Source: Eledone cirrhosa (lineage: Eukaryota). From it: a DNA stretch of 64,000 bases. The position numbers and the translations under genes were made by a program. Positions within the stretch are counted from its first letter, which is position 1. Each line of letters starts with the position of its first letter. Shown here in pieces: positions 19,925 through 34,900 of the stretch. The notes under the pieces were generated by a model, which did no database searches, was not told the DNA's origin, and saw nothing but the letters and a program-made list of their open reading frames with translations. The stretch is from NCBI GenBank assembly GCA_964016885.1, contig OZ024742.1, forward strand, positions 15,500,001-15,564,000, written 5' to 3'.

Positions 19925-22900
19925 ATTAAAGAACCACAGAGTGAAGTGTGATTATTAAAGAACCACAGAGAAATGTGTGATTATTAAAGAACCTCAGTGT
20001 CATGTGTGATTATTAAAGAACCACAGAGTAAAGTGTGATTATTAAAGAACCTCAGAGTAAAGTGTGATTATTAAAGAACCTCAGAGTAAAGTGTGATTAT
20101 TAAAGAATCTCAGAGTAAAGTGTGATTGTTAAAGAACCAGTGTCATGTGCGATTATTAAAGAACCACAGAGTAAAGTGTGATTATTAAAGAACCTCAGAG
20201 TAAAGTGTTATTATTAAAGAACCACAGAGTAAAGTGTGATTATTAAAGAACCACAGAGTAAAGTGTGATTATTAAAGAACCACAGAGTAAAGTGTGATTA
20301 TTAAAGAACCACAGAGTAAAGTGTGATTATTAAAGAACCTCAGAGTAAAGTGTGATTATTAAAGAACCACAGAGTAAAGTGTGATTATTAAAGAACCACA
20401 GAGTAAAGTGTGATTATTAAAGAACCTCAGAGTAAAGTGTGATTATTAAAGAACCTCAGAGTAAAGTGTGATTATTAAAGAATCTCAGAGTAAAGTGTGA
20501 TTGTTAAAGAACCAGTGTCATGTGCGATTATTAAAGAACCACAGAGTAAAGTGTGATTATTAAAGAACCTCAGAGTAAAGTGTGATTATTAAAGAACCTC
20601 AGAGTAAAGTGTGATTATTAAAGAACCAGTGTCATGTGCGATTATTAAAGAACCACAGAGTAAAGTGTGATTATTAAAGAACCACAGAGTAAAGTGTTAT
20701 TATTAAAGAACCACAGAGTAAAGTGTGATTATTAAAGAACCTCAGAGTAAAGTGTGATTATTAAAGAACCACAGAGTAAAGTGTGATTATTAAAGAACCT
20801 CAGAGTAAAGTGTGATTATTAAAGAACCACAGAGTAAAGTGTGATTATTAAAGAACCACAGAGAAATGTGTGATTATTAAAGAACCACAGAGTAAAGTGT
20901 GATTATTAAAGAACCACAGAGTAAAGTGTGATTATTAAAGAACCACAGAGTAAAGTGTGATTATAAAAGAACCTCAGAGTAAAGTGTGATTATTAAAGAA
21001 CCTCAGAGTAAAGTGTGATTATTAAAGAACCTCAGAGTAAAGTGTGATTATTAAAGAACCACAGAGTAAAGTGTGATTATTAAAGAACCACAGAGAAATG
21101 TGTGATTATTAAAGAACCACAGAGTAAAGTGTGATTATTAAAGAACCACAGAGTAAAGTGTGATTATTAAAGAACCACAGAGTAAAGTATGATTATAAAA
21201 GAACCTCAGAGTAAAGTGTGATTATTAAAGAACCACTGAGAAATGTGTGATTATTAAAGAACCACAGAGTAAAGTGTGATTATTAAAGTACCACAGAGTA
21301 CAGTGTAATTATTAAAGAGCCTCAGTGTCATGTGTGATTATTAAAGAACCTCAGAGTAAAGTGTGATTATTAAAGAACCTCAGAGTAAAGTGTGATTATT
21401 AAAGAACCTCAGAGTAAAGTGTAATTATTAAAGAACCACAGAGTAAAGTGTGATTATTAAAGAACCTCAGAGTAAAGTGTTGATTATTAAAGAACCTCAG
21501 AGTAAAGTGTGATTATTAAAGAACCTCAGAGTAAAGTGTGATTATTAAAGAACCTCAGAGCCAAGTGTGATTATTAAAGAACCACAGAGAAAAGTGTGAT
21601 TATTAAAGAACCACAGAGTAAAGTGTCATTATTACAGAACCACAGAGTAAAGTGTCATTATTAAAGAACCTCAGAGTAAAGTGTAATTATTAAAGAACCA
21701 CAGAGTAAAGTGTGATTATTAAAGAACCTCAGAGTAAAGTGTGATTATTAAAGAACCATACAGAAATGTGAGATTATTAAAGAACCACAGAGTAAAGTGT
21801 GATTATTAAAGAACCATACAGAAATGTGAGATTTTTAAAGAACCACTGTGTAAAGTGTGATTATTAAAGAACCTCAGAGTAAAGTGTGATTATTAAAGAA
21901 CCTCAGAGTAAAGTGTGATTATTAAAGAACCACAGAGTAAAGTGTGATTATAAAAGAACCACAGAGTAAAGTGTGATTATTAAAGAACCTCAGAGAAAAG
22001 TGTGATTATTAAAGAACCTCAGTGTCATGTGTGATTATTAAAGAACCACAGAGTAAAGTGTGATTATTAAAGAACCACAGAGAAATGTGTGATTATTAAA
22101 GAAGCACAGAGAAAAGTGTGATTATTAAAGAACCACAGAGTAAAGTGTGATTATTAAAGAACCTCAGAGAAAAGTGTAATTATTAAAGAACCTCAGTGTC
22201 ATGTGTGATTATTAAAGAACCACAGAGTAAAGTGTGATTATTAAAGAACCTCAGAGAAAAGTGTGATTATTAAAGAACCAAAGAGTAAAGTGTGATTATT
22301 AAAGAACCACAGAGTAGAGTGTGATTATTAAAGAACCTCAGAGTAAAGTGTGATTATTAAATAACCTCAGAGTAAATTGTGATTATTAAAGAACCACAGA
22401 GAAAAGTGTGATTATTAAAGAACCTCAGAGAAAAGTGTGATTATTAAAGAACCTCAGAGAAAAGTATGATTATTAAAGAACCTCAGAGAAAAGTGTGATT
22501 ATTAAAGAACCTCAGAGTAAAGTGTTATTATTAAAGAACCTCAGAAAAAACTGTGATTATTAAAGAACCTCAGAGTAAAGTGTGATTATTAAAGAACCTC
22601 AGAGTAAAGTGTGATTATTAAAGAACCACAGAGAAATTTGTGATTATTAAAGAACCTCAAAGCAAAGTGTGATTATTAAAGAACCACAGAGAAAAGTGTG
22701 ATTATTAAAGAACCACAGAGAAATGTGTGATTATTAAAGAACCACAGAGAAAAGTGTGATAATTAAAGAACCACAGAGAAAAGTGTGATTATTAAAGAAC
22801 CTCAGAGAAAAGTGTGATTATTAAAGAACCTCAGAGTAAAGTGTGATTATTAAAGAACCTCAGAGTAAAGTGTGATTATTATAGAACCTCAGAGTAAAGT

Positions 22901-25900
22901 GTGATTATTAAAGAACCACTGAGAAATGTGTGATTATTAAAGAACCACAGAGTAAAGTGTGATTATTAAAGAACCACAGAGTAAAGTGTGATTATTAAAG
23001 AACCTCAGAGTAAAGTGTGATTATTAAAGAACCACAGAGTAAAGTGTAATTATTAAAGAACCTCAGAGTAAAGTGTGATTATTAAAGAACCACAGAGAAA
23101 TGTGTGATTATTAAAGAACCACAGAGTAAAGTGCGATTATTAAAGAACCTCAGAGTAAAGTGTGATTATTAAAGAACCTCAGAGTAAAGTGTGATTATTA
23201 AAGAACCTCAGAGAAATGTGTGATTATTAAAGAACCACAGAGTAAAGTGTGATTAATAAAGAACCACAGAGAAATGTGTGATTATTAACGAACCACAGAG
23301 TAAAGTGTGATTATTAAAGAACCACAGAGAAATGTGTGATTATTAAAGAACCATACAGAAATGTGAGATTATTAAAGAACCTCAGAGTAAAGTGTGATTA
23401 TTAAAGAACCTCAGAGTAAAGTGTGATTATTAAAGAACCTCAGAGGAAAAGTGTGATTATTAAAGAACCTCAGAGTAAAGTGTGATTATTAAAGAACCCC
23501 AGAGTAAAGTGTGATTATTAAGGAACCTCAGAGTAAAGTGTGATTATTAAAGAACCACAGAGTAATGTGTGATTATTAAAGAACCTCAGAGTAAAGTGTG
23601 ATTATTAAAGAACCACAGAGTAAAGTGTGATTATTAAAGAACCACAGAGTAAAGTGTGATTATTAAAGAAGCACAGAGTAAAGTGTGATTATTAAAGAAC
23701 CACAGAGAAATGTGTGATTATTAAAGAACGACAGAGTAAAGTGTGATTATTAAAGAACCTCAGAGTAAAGTGTGATTATTAAAGAACCTCAGAGTTAAGT
23801 GTGATTATTAAAGAACCACAGAGAAATGTGTGATTATTAAAGAACCACAGAGTAAAGTGTGATTATTAAAGAACCTCAGAGTTAAGTGTGATTATTAAAG
23901 AACCACAGAGAAATGTGTGATTATTAAAGAACCATAGAGTAAAGTGTGATTATTAAAGAACCTCAGAGTAAAGTGTGATTATTAAAGAACCTCAGAGTAA
24001 AGTGTGATTATTAAAGAACCACAGAGTAAAGTGTGATTATTAAAGAACCACAGAGTAAAGTGTGATTATTAAAGTACCACAGAGTACAGTGTAATTATTA
24101 AAGAACCTCAGTGTCATGTGTGATTATTAAAGAACCACAGAGTAAAGTGTGATTATTAAAGAACCACAGAGAAATGTATGATTATTAAAGAACCACAGAG
24201 AAAAGTGTGATTATTAAAGAACCACAGAGTAAAGTGTGATTATTAAAGAACCTCAGAGAAAAGTGTAATTATTAAAGAACCTCAGTGTCATGTGTGATTA
24301 TTAAAGAACCACAGAGTAAAGTGTGATTATTAAAGAACCTCAGAGAAAAGTGTGATTATTAAAGAACCAAAGAGTAAAGTGTGATTATTAAAGAACCACA
24401 GAGTACAGTGTGATTATTAAAGAACCTCAGAGTAAAGTGTGATTATTAAATAACCTCAGAGTAAATTGTGATTATTAAAGAACCACAGAGAAAAGTGTGA
24501 TTATTAAAGAACCTCAGAGAAAAGTATGATTATTAAAGAACCTCAGAGAAAAGTGTGATTATTAAAGAACCTCAGAGTAAAGTGTTATTATTAAAGAACC
24601 TCAGAAAAAACTGTGATTATTAAAGAATCTCAGAGTAAAGTGTGATTATTAAAGAACCTCAGAGTAAAGTGTGATTATTAAAGAACCACAGAGAAATTTG
24701 TGATTATTAAAGAACCTCAAAGCAAAGTGTGATTATTAAAGAACCACAGAGAAAAGTGTGATTATTAAAGAACCACAGAGAAATGTGTGATTATTAAAGA
24801 ACCACAGAGAAAAGTGTGATAATTAAAGAACCACAGAGAAAAGTGTGATTATTAAAGAACCTCAGAGAAAAGTGTGATTATTAAAGAACCTCAGAGTAAA
24901 GTGTGATTATTAAAGAACCTCAGAGTAAAGTGTGATTATTAAAGAACCTCAGAGTAAAGTGTGATTATTAAATAACCTCAGAGTAAATTGTGATTATTAA
25001 AGAACCACAGAGAAAAGTGTGATTATTAAAGAACCTCAGAGAAAAGTGTGATTATTAAAGAACCTCAGAGAAAAGTATGATTATTAAAGAACCTCAGAGA
25101 AAAGTGTGATTATTAAAGAGCCTCAGAGTAAAGTGTTATTATTAAAGAACCTCAGAAAAAACTGTGATTATTAAAGAACCTCAGAGTAAAGTGTGATTAT
25201 TAAAGAACCTCAGAGTAAAGTGTGATTATTAAAGAACCACAGAGAGATTTGTGATTATTAAAGAACCTCAAAGCAAAGTGTGATTATTAAAGAACCACAG
25301 AGAAAAGTGTGATTATTAAAGAACCACAGAGAAATGTGTGATTATTAAAGAACCACAGAGAAAAGTGTGATAATTAAAGAACCACAGAGAAAAGTGTGAT
25401 TATTAAAGAACCTCAGAGAAAAGTGTGATTATTAAAGAACCTCAGAGTAAAGTGTGATTATTAAAGAACCTCAGAGTAAAGTGTGATTATTATAGAACCT
25501 CAGAGTAAAGTGTGATTATTAAAGAACCACTGAGAAATGTGTGATTATTAAAGAACCACAGAGTAAAGTGTGATTATTAAAGAACCACAGAGTAAAGTGT
25601 GATTATTAAAGAACCTCAGAGTAAAGTGTGATTATTAAAGAACCACAGAGTAAAGTGTAATTATTAAAGAACCTCAGAGTAAAGTGTGATTATTAAAGAA
25701 CCACAGAGAAATGTGTGATTATTAAAGAACCACAGAGTAAAGTGCGATTATTAAAGAACCTCAGAGTAAAGTGTGATTATTAAAGAACCTCAGAGTAAAG
25801 TGTGATTATTAAAGAACCTCAGAGAAATGTGTGATTATTAAAGAACCACAGAGTAAAGTGTGATTAATAAAGAACCACAGAGAAATGTGTGATTATTAAC

Positions 25901-28900
25901 GAACCACAGAGTAAAGTGTGATTATTAAAGAACCACAGAGAAATGTGTGATTATTAAAGAACCATACAGAAATGTGAGATTATTAAAGAACCTCAGAGTA
26001 AAGTGTGATTATTAAAGAACCTCAGAGTAAAGTGTGATTATTAAAGAACCTCAGAGGAAAAGTGTGATTATTAAAGAACCACTGAGAAAAGTATGATTAT
26101 TAAAGAACCTCAGAGAAAAGTGTGATTATTAAAGAACCTCAGAGTAAAGTGTTATTATTAAAGAACCTCAGAAAAAACTGTGATTATTAAAGAACCTCAG
26201 AGAAAAGTGTGATTATTAAATAACCTCAGAGTAAATTGTGATTATTAAAGAACCACAGAGAAAAGTGTGATTATTAAAGAACCTCAGAGAAAAGTGTGAT
26301 TATTAAAGAACCTCAGAGAAAAGTATGATTATTAAAGAACATCAGAGAAAAGTGTGATTATTAAAGAACCTCAGAGTAAAGTGTTATTATTAAAGAACCT
26401 CAGAAAAAACTGTGATTATTAAAGAACCTCAGAGTAAAGTGTGATTATTAAAGAACCTCAGAGTAAAGTGTGATTATTAAAGAACCACAGAGAAATTTGT
26501 GATTATTAAAGAACCTCAAAGCAAAGTGTGATTATTAAAGAACCACAGAGAAAAGTGTGATTATTAAAGAACCACAGAGAAATGTGTGATTATTAAAGAA
26601 CCACAGAGAAAAGTGTGATAATTAAAGAACCACAGAGAAAAGTGTGATTATTAAAGAACCTCAGAGAAAAGTGTGATTATTAAAGAACCTCAGAGTAAAG
26701 TGTGATTATTAAAGAACCTCAGAGTAAAGTGTGATTATTATAGAACCTCAGAGTAAAGTGTGATTATTAAAGAACCACTGAGAAATGTGTGATTATTAAA
26801 GAACCACAGAGTAAAGTGTGATTATTAAAGAACCACAGAGTAAAGTGTGATTATTAAAGAACCTCAGAGTAAAGTGTGATTATTAAAGAACCACAGAGTA
26901 AAGTGTAATTATTAAAGAACCTCAGAGTAAAGTGTGATTATTAAAGAACCACAGAGAAATGTGTGATTATTAAAGAACCACAGAGTAAAGTGCGATTATT
27001 AAAGAACCTCAGAGTAAAGTGTGATTATTAAAGAACCTCAGAGTAAAGTGTGATTATTAAAGAACCTCAGAGAAATGTGTGATTATTAAAGAACCACAGA
27101 GTAAAGTGTGATTAATAAAGAACCACAGAGAAATGTGTGATTATTAACGAACCACAGAGTAAAGTGTGATTATTAAAGAACCACAGAGAAATGTGTGATT
27201 ATTAAAGAACCATACAGAAATGTGAGATTATTAAAGAACCTCAGAGTAAAGTGTGATTATTAAAGAACCTCAGAGTAAAGTGTGATTATTAAAGAACCTC
27301 AGAGGAAAAGTGTGATTATTAAAAAACCTCAGAGTAAAGTGTGATTATTAAAGAACCCCAGAGTAAAGTGTGATTATTAAGGAACCTCAGAGTAAAGTGT
27401 GATTATTAAAGAACCACAGAGTAATGTGTGATTATTAAAGAACCTCAGAGTAAAGTGTGATTATTAAAGAACCACAGAGTAAAGTGTGATTATTAAAGAA
27501 CCACAGAGTAAAGTGTGATTATTAAAGAACCACAGAGTAAAGTGTGTTTATTAAAGAACCACAGAGAAATGTGTGATTATTAAAGAACCACAGAGTAAAG
27601 TGTGATTATTAAAGAACCTCAGAGTAAAGTGTGATTATTAAAGAACCTCAGAGTTAAGTGTGATTATTAAAGAACCACAGAGAAATGTGTGATTATTAAA
27701 GAACCACAGAGTAAAGTGTGATTATTAAAGAACCTCAGAGTTAAGTGTGATTATTAAAGAACCACAGAGAAATGTGTGATTATTAAAGAACCATAGAGTA
27801 AAGTGTGATTATTAAAGAACCTCAGAGTAAAGTGTGATTATTAAAGAACCTCAGAGTAAAGTGTGATTATTAAAGAACCACAGAGTAAAGTGTGATTATT
27901 AAAGAACCACAGAGTAAAGTGTGATTATTAAAGTACCACAGAGTACAGTGTAATTATTAAAGAACCTCAGTGTCATGTGTGATTATTAAAGAACCTCAGA
28001 GTAAAGTGTGATTATTAAAGAACCACAGAGTAAAGTGTTATTATTAAAGAACCACAGAGAAATGTGAGATTATTAAAGACCCACAGAGTAAAGGGTGATT
28101 ATTAAAGAACCTCAGAGCAAAGTGTGATTAATAAAGAACCTCAGAGTAAAGTGTGATTATTAAAGAACCTCAGAGTAAAGTGTGATTATTAAAGAACCAC
28201 AGAGTAAAGTGTGATTATTAAAGAACCTCAGAGTAAAGTGTTGATTATTAAAGAACCTCAGAGTAAAGTGTGATTATTAAAGAACCTCAGAGTAAAGTGT
28301 GATTATTAAAGAACCACAGAGTAAAGTGTGATTATTAAAGAACCTCAGAGTAAAGTGTGATTATTAAAGAACCACAGAGAAATGTGTGATTATTAAAGAA
28401 CCACAGAGTAAAGTGTGATTATTAAAGAACCACAGAGTAAAGTGTGATTATTAAAGAACCTCAGAGTAAAGTGTGATTATTAAAGAACCAGTGTCATGTG
28501 CGATTATTAAAGAACCACAGAGTAAAGTGTGATTATTAAAGAACCTCAGAGTAAAGTGTGATTATTAAAGAACCTCAGAGTAAAGTGTGATTATTAACGA
28601 ACCTCAGAGTTAAGTGTGATTATTAAAGAAACTCAGGGTAAAGTGTGATTATTAAAGTACCACAGAGTACAGTGTAATTATTAAAGAACCTCAGTGTCAT
28701 GTGTGATTATTAAAGAACCTCAGAGTAAAGTGTGATTATTAAAGAACCACAGAGTAAAGTGTTATTATTAAAGAACCACAGAGAAATGTGAGATTATTAA
28801 AGAACCACAGAGTAAAGTGTGATTATTAAAGAACCTCAGAGTAAAGTGTGATTATTAAAGAACCTCAGAGTAAAGTGTGATTATTAAAGAACCACAGAGT

Positions 28901-31900
28901 AAAGTGTGATTATTAAAGAACCTCAGAGTAAAGTGTGATTATTAAAGAATCTCAGAGTAAGGTGTGATTATTAAAGAACCTCAGAGTAAAGTGTGATTAT
29001 TAAAGAACCTCAGAGTAAAGTGTGATTATTAAAGAACCTCAGAGGAAAAGTGTGATTATTAAAGAACCTCAGAGTAAAGTGTGATTATTAAAGAACTCCA
29101 GAGTAAAGTGTGATTATTAAGGAACCTCAGAGTAAAGTGTGATTATTAAAGAACCACAGAGTAAAGTGTGATTATTAAAGAATCTCAGAGTAAAGTGTGA
29201 TTATTAAAGAACCACAGAGAAATGTGTGATTATTAAAGAACCACAGAGAAATGTGTGATTATTAAAGAACCACTGAGAAATGTGTGATTATTAAAGAACC
29301 ACAGAGTAAAGTGTGATTATTAAAGAACCACAGAGTAAAGTGTGATTATTAACGAACCACAGAGTAAAGTGTGATTATTAAAGAACCTCAGAGTAAAGTG
29401 TGATTATTAAAGAACCACAGAGAAATGTGTGATTATTAAAGAACCACAGAGTAAAGTGCGATTATTAAAGAACCACAGAGTAAAGTGTGATTATTAAAGA
29501 ACCTCAGAGTAAAATGTGATTATTAAAGAACCACAGAGAAATGTGTGATTATTAAAGAACCTCAGAGAAAAGTGTGATTATTAAAGAACCACAGAGAAAT
29601 GTGTGATTATTAAACAACCTCAGAGTAAAGTGTGATTATTAAAGAACCTCAGAGTAAAGTGTGATAATTAAAGAACCACAGAGAAATGTGTGATTATTAA
29701 CGAACCACAGAGTAAAGTGTGATTATTAAAGAACCACAGAGAAATGTTTGATTATTAAAGAACCTCAGAGTAAAGTGTGATTATTAAAGAACCACAGAGT
29801 AAAGTGTGATTATTAATGAACCTCAGAGTAAAGTGTGATTATTAAAGAACCATACAGAAATGTGAGATGATTAAAGAACCACAGAGTAAAGTGTGATTAT
29901 TAAAGAACCTCAGAGTAAAGTGTGATTATTAAAGAACCTCAGAGGAAAAGTGTGATTATTAAAGAACCTCAGAGTAAAGTGTGATTATTAAAGAACCCCA
30001 GAGTAAAGTGTGATTATTAAGGAACCTCAGAGTAAAGTGTGATTATTAAAGAACCACAGAGTAAAGTGTGATTATTAAAGAACCTCAGAGTAAAGTGTGA
30101 TTATTAAAAAACCACAGAGTAAAGTGTGACTATAAAGAACCACAGAGAAATGTGTGATTATTAAAGAACCACAGAGTAAAGTGTGATTATTAAAGAACAA
30201 CAGAGTAAAGTGTGATTATTAAAGTACCACAGAGTACAGTGTAATTATTAAAGAACCTCAGTGTCATGTGTGATTATTAAAGAACCTCAGAGTAAAGTGT
30301 GATTATTAAAGAACCACAGAGTAAAGTGCTATTATTAAAGAACCACAGAGTAAAGTGTGATTATTAAAGAACCTCAGAGTAAAGTGTGATTATTAAAGAA
30401 CCACAGAGTAAAGTGTGATTATTAAAGAACCACAGAGTAAAGTGTGATTATTAAAGAACCACAGAGTAAAGTGTGATTATTAAAGTACCACAGAGTACAG
30501 TGTAATTATTAAAGAACCTCAGTGTCATGTGTGATTATTAAAGAACCTCAGAGTAAAGTGTGATTATTAAAGAACCACAGAGTAAAGTGTTATTATTAAA
30601 GAACCACAGAGAAATGTGAGATTATTAAAGACCCAGAGAGTAAAGGGTGATTATTAAAGAACCTCAGAGTAAAGTGTGATTATTAAAGAACCTCAGAGTA
30701 AAGTGTGATTATTAAAGAACCACAGAGTAAAGTGTGATTATTAAAGAACCTCAGAGTAAAGTGTTGATTATTAAAGAACCTCAGAGTAAAGTGTGATTAT
30801 TAAAGAACCTCAGAGTAAAGTGTGATTATTAAAGAACCACAGAGTAAAGTGTGATTATTAAAGAACCTCAGAGTAAAGTGTGATTATTAAAGAACCACAG
30901 AGAAATGTGTGATTATTAAAGAACCACAGAGTAAAGTGTGATTATTAAAGAACCTCAGAGTAAAGTGTGATTATTAAAGAACCTCAGAGTAAAGTGTGAT
31001 TATTAAAGAACCTCAGTGTCATGTGCGATTATTAAAGAACCTCAGAGTAAAGTGTGATTATTAAAGAACCTCAGAGTAAAGTGTGATTATTAAAGAACCT
31101 CAGAGATAAGTGTGATTATTAAAGAAACTCAGGGTAAAGTGTGATTATTAAAGTACCACAGAGTACAGTGTAATTATTAAAGAACAACAGTGTCATGTGT
31201 GATTATTAAAGAACCTCAGAGTAAAGTGTGATTATTAAAGAACCACAGAGTAAAGTGTTATTATTAAAGAACCTCAGAGTAAAGTGTGATCATTAAAGAA
31301 CCTCAGAGTAAAGTGTGATTATTAAAGAACCTCAGAGTAAAGTGTGATTATTAAAGAACCACAGAGAAATGTGTGATTATTAAAGAACCACAGAGTAAAG
31401 TGCGATTATTAAAGAACCACAGAGTAAAGTGTGATTATTAAAGAACCTCAGAGTAAAGTGTGATTATTAAAGAACCACAGAGAAATGTGTGATTATTAAA
31501 GAACCTCAGAGAAAAGTGTGATTATTAAAGAACCACAGAGAAATGTGTGATTATTAAAGAACCTCAGAGTAAAGTGTGATTATTAAAGAACCTCAGAGTG
31601 AAGTGTGATAATTAAAGAACCACAGAGACAATGTGTGATTATTAAAGAACCCCAGAGTAAAGTGCGATTATTAAGGAACCTCAGAGTAAAGTGTGATTAT
31701 TAAAGAACCACAGAGTAAAGTGTGATTATTAAAGAACCTCAGAGTAAAGTGTGATTATTAAAGAACCACAGAGTAAAGTGTGATTATTAAAGAACCACAG
31801 ATAAAGGTGTGATTATTAAAGAACCACAGAGTAAAGTGTGATTATTAAAGAACCTCAGAGTAAAGTGTGATTATTAAAGAACCACAGAGTAAAGTGTGAT

Positions 31901-34900
31901 TATTAAAGAACCACAGAGTAAAGTGTGATTATTAAAGAACCACAGAGTAAAGTGTGATTATTAAAGTACCACAGAGTACAGTGTAATTATTAAAGAACCT
32001 CAGTGTCATGTGTGATTATTAAAGAACCACAGAGAAATGTGTGATTATTAAAGAACCACAGAGTAAAGTGCGATTATTAAAGAACCACAGAGAAATGTGT
32101 GATTATTAAAGAACCACAGAGTAAAGTGCGATTATTAAAGAACCACAGAGAAATGTGTGATTATTAAAGAACCACAGAGTAAAGTGTGATTATTGACGAA
32201 CCACAGAGTAAAGTGTGATTATTAAAGAACCTCAGAGTAAAGTGTGATTATTAAAGAACCACAGAGAAATGTGTGATTATTAAAGAACGACAGAGTAAAG
32301 TGCGATTATTAAAGAACCACAGAGTAAAGTGTGATTATTAAAGAACCTCAGAGTAAAGTGTGATTATTAAAGAACCACAGAGAAATGTGTGATTATTAAA
32401 GAACCTCAGAGAAAAGTGTGATTATTAAAGAACCACAGAGAAATGTGTGATTATTAAACAACCTCAGAGTACAGTGTGATTATTAAAGAACCTCAGAGTA
32501 AAGTGTGATAATTAAAGAACCACAGAGAAATGTGTGATTATTAACGAACCATAGAGTAAAGTGTGATTATTAAAGAACCACAGAGAAATGTGTGATTATT
32601 AAAGAACCTCAGAGTAAAGTGTGATTATTAAAGAACCTCAGAGTAAAGTGTGATTATTAAAGAACCTCAGAATAAAGTGTGATTATTAAAGAACCACAGA
32701 GTAAAGTGTGATTATTAATGAACCTCAGAGTAAAGTGTGATTATTAAAGAACCATACAGAAATGTGAGATTATTAAAGAACCACAGAGTAAAGTGTGATT
32801 ATTAAAGAACCTCAGAGTAAAGTGTGATTATTAAAGAACCTCAGAGGAAAAGTGTTATTATTAAAGAACCTCAGAGTAAAGTGTGATTATTAAAGAACCC
32901 CAGAGTAAAGTGTGATTATTAAGGAACCTCAGAGTAAAGTGTGATTATTAAAGAACCACAGAGTAAAGTGTGATTATTAAAGAACCTCAGAGTAAAGTGT
33001 GATTATTAAAAAACCACAGAGTAAAGTGTGATTATTAAAGAACCACAGAGAAATGTGTGATTATTAAAGAACCACAGAGTAAAGTGTGATTATTAAAGAA
33101 CCTCAGAGTAAAGTGTGATTATTAAAGAACCACAGAGTAAAGTGTGATTATTAAAGAACCACAGAGTAAAGTGTGATTATTAAAGAACAACAAAGTAAAG
33201 TGTGATTACTAAAGTACCACAGAGTACAGTGTAATTATTAAAGAACCTCAGTGTCATGTGTGATTATTAAAGAACCTCAGAGTAAAGTGTGATTATTAAA
33301 GAACCACAGAGTAAAGTGCTATTATTAAAGAACCACAGAGTAAAGTGTGATTATTAAAGAACCTCAGAGTAAAGTGTGATTATTAAAGAACCACAGAGTA
33401 AAGTGTGATTATTAAAGAACCACAGAGTAAAGTGTGATTATTAAAGAACCACAGAGTAAAGTGTGATTATTAAAGTACCACAGAGTACAGTGTAATTATT
33501 AAAGAACCTCAGTGTCATGTGTGATTATTAAAGAACCTCAGAGTAAAGTGTGATTATTAAAGAACCACAGAGTAAAGTGTTATTATTAAAGAACCACAGA
33601 GAAATGTGAGATTATTAAAGACCCAGAGAGTAAAGGGTGATTATTAAAGAACCTCAGAGTAAAGTGTGATTATTAAAGAACCTCAGAGTAAAGTGTGATT
33701 ATTAAAGAACCACAGAGTAAAGTGTGATTATTAAAGAACCTCAGAGTAAAGTGTTGATTATTAAAGAACCTCAGAGTAAAGTGTGATTATTAAAGGACCT
33801 CAGAGTAAAGTGTGATTATTAAAGAACCACAGAGTAAAGTGTGATTATTAAAGAACCTCAGAGTAAAGTGTGATTATTAAAGAACCACAGAGAAATGTGT
33901 GATTATTAAAGAACCACAGAGTAAAGTGTGATTATTAAAGAACCTCAGAGTAAAGTGTGATTATTAAAGAACCTCAGAGTAAAGTGTGATTATTAAAGAA
34001 CCTCAGTGTCATGTGCGATTATTAAAGAACCTCAGAGTAAAGTGTGATTATTAAAGAACCTCAGAGTAAAGTGTGATTATTAAAGAACCTCAGAGTTAAG
34101 TGTGATTATTAAAGAAACTCAGGGTAAAGTGTGATTATTAAAGTACCACAGAGTACAGTGTAATTATTAAAGAACCTCAGTGTCATGTGTGATTATTAAA
34201 GAACCTCAGAGTAAAGTGTGATTATTAAAGAACCACAGAGTAAAGTGTTATTATTAAAGAACCACAGAGAATTGTGAGATTATTAAAGAACCACAGAGTA
34301 AAGTGTGATTATTAAAAAACCACAGAGTAAAGTGTGATTATTAAAGAACCTCAGAGTAAAGTGTGATCATTAAAGAACCTCAGAGTAAAGTGTGATTATT
34401 AAAGAACCTCAGAGTAAAGTGTGATTATTAAAGAACCACAGAGAAATGTGTGATTATTAAAGAACCACAGAGTAAAGTGCGATTATTAAAGAACCACAGA
34501 GTAAAGTGTGATTATTAAAGAACCTCAGAGTAAAGTGTGATTATTAAAGAACCACAGAGAAATGTGTGATTATTAAAGAACCTCAGAGAAAACTGTGATT
34601 ATTAAAGAACCACAGAGAAATGTGTGATTATTAAAGAACCTCAGAGTAAAGTGTGATTATTAAAGAACCTCAGAGTAAAGTGTGATAATTAAAGAACCAC
34701 AGAGAAATGAGTGATTATTAAAGAACCCCAGAGTAAAGTGCGATTATTAAGGAACCTCTGAGTAAAGTGTGATTATTAAAGAACCACAGAGTAAAGTGTG
34801 ATTATTAAAGAACCTCAGAGTAAAGTGTGATTATTAAAGAACCACAGAGTAAAGTGTGATTATTAAAGAACCACAGAGAAATGTGTGATTATTAAAGAAC

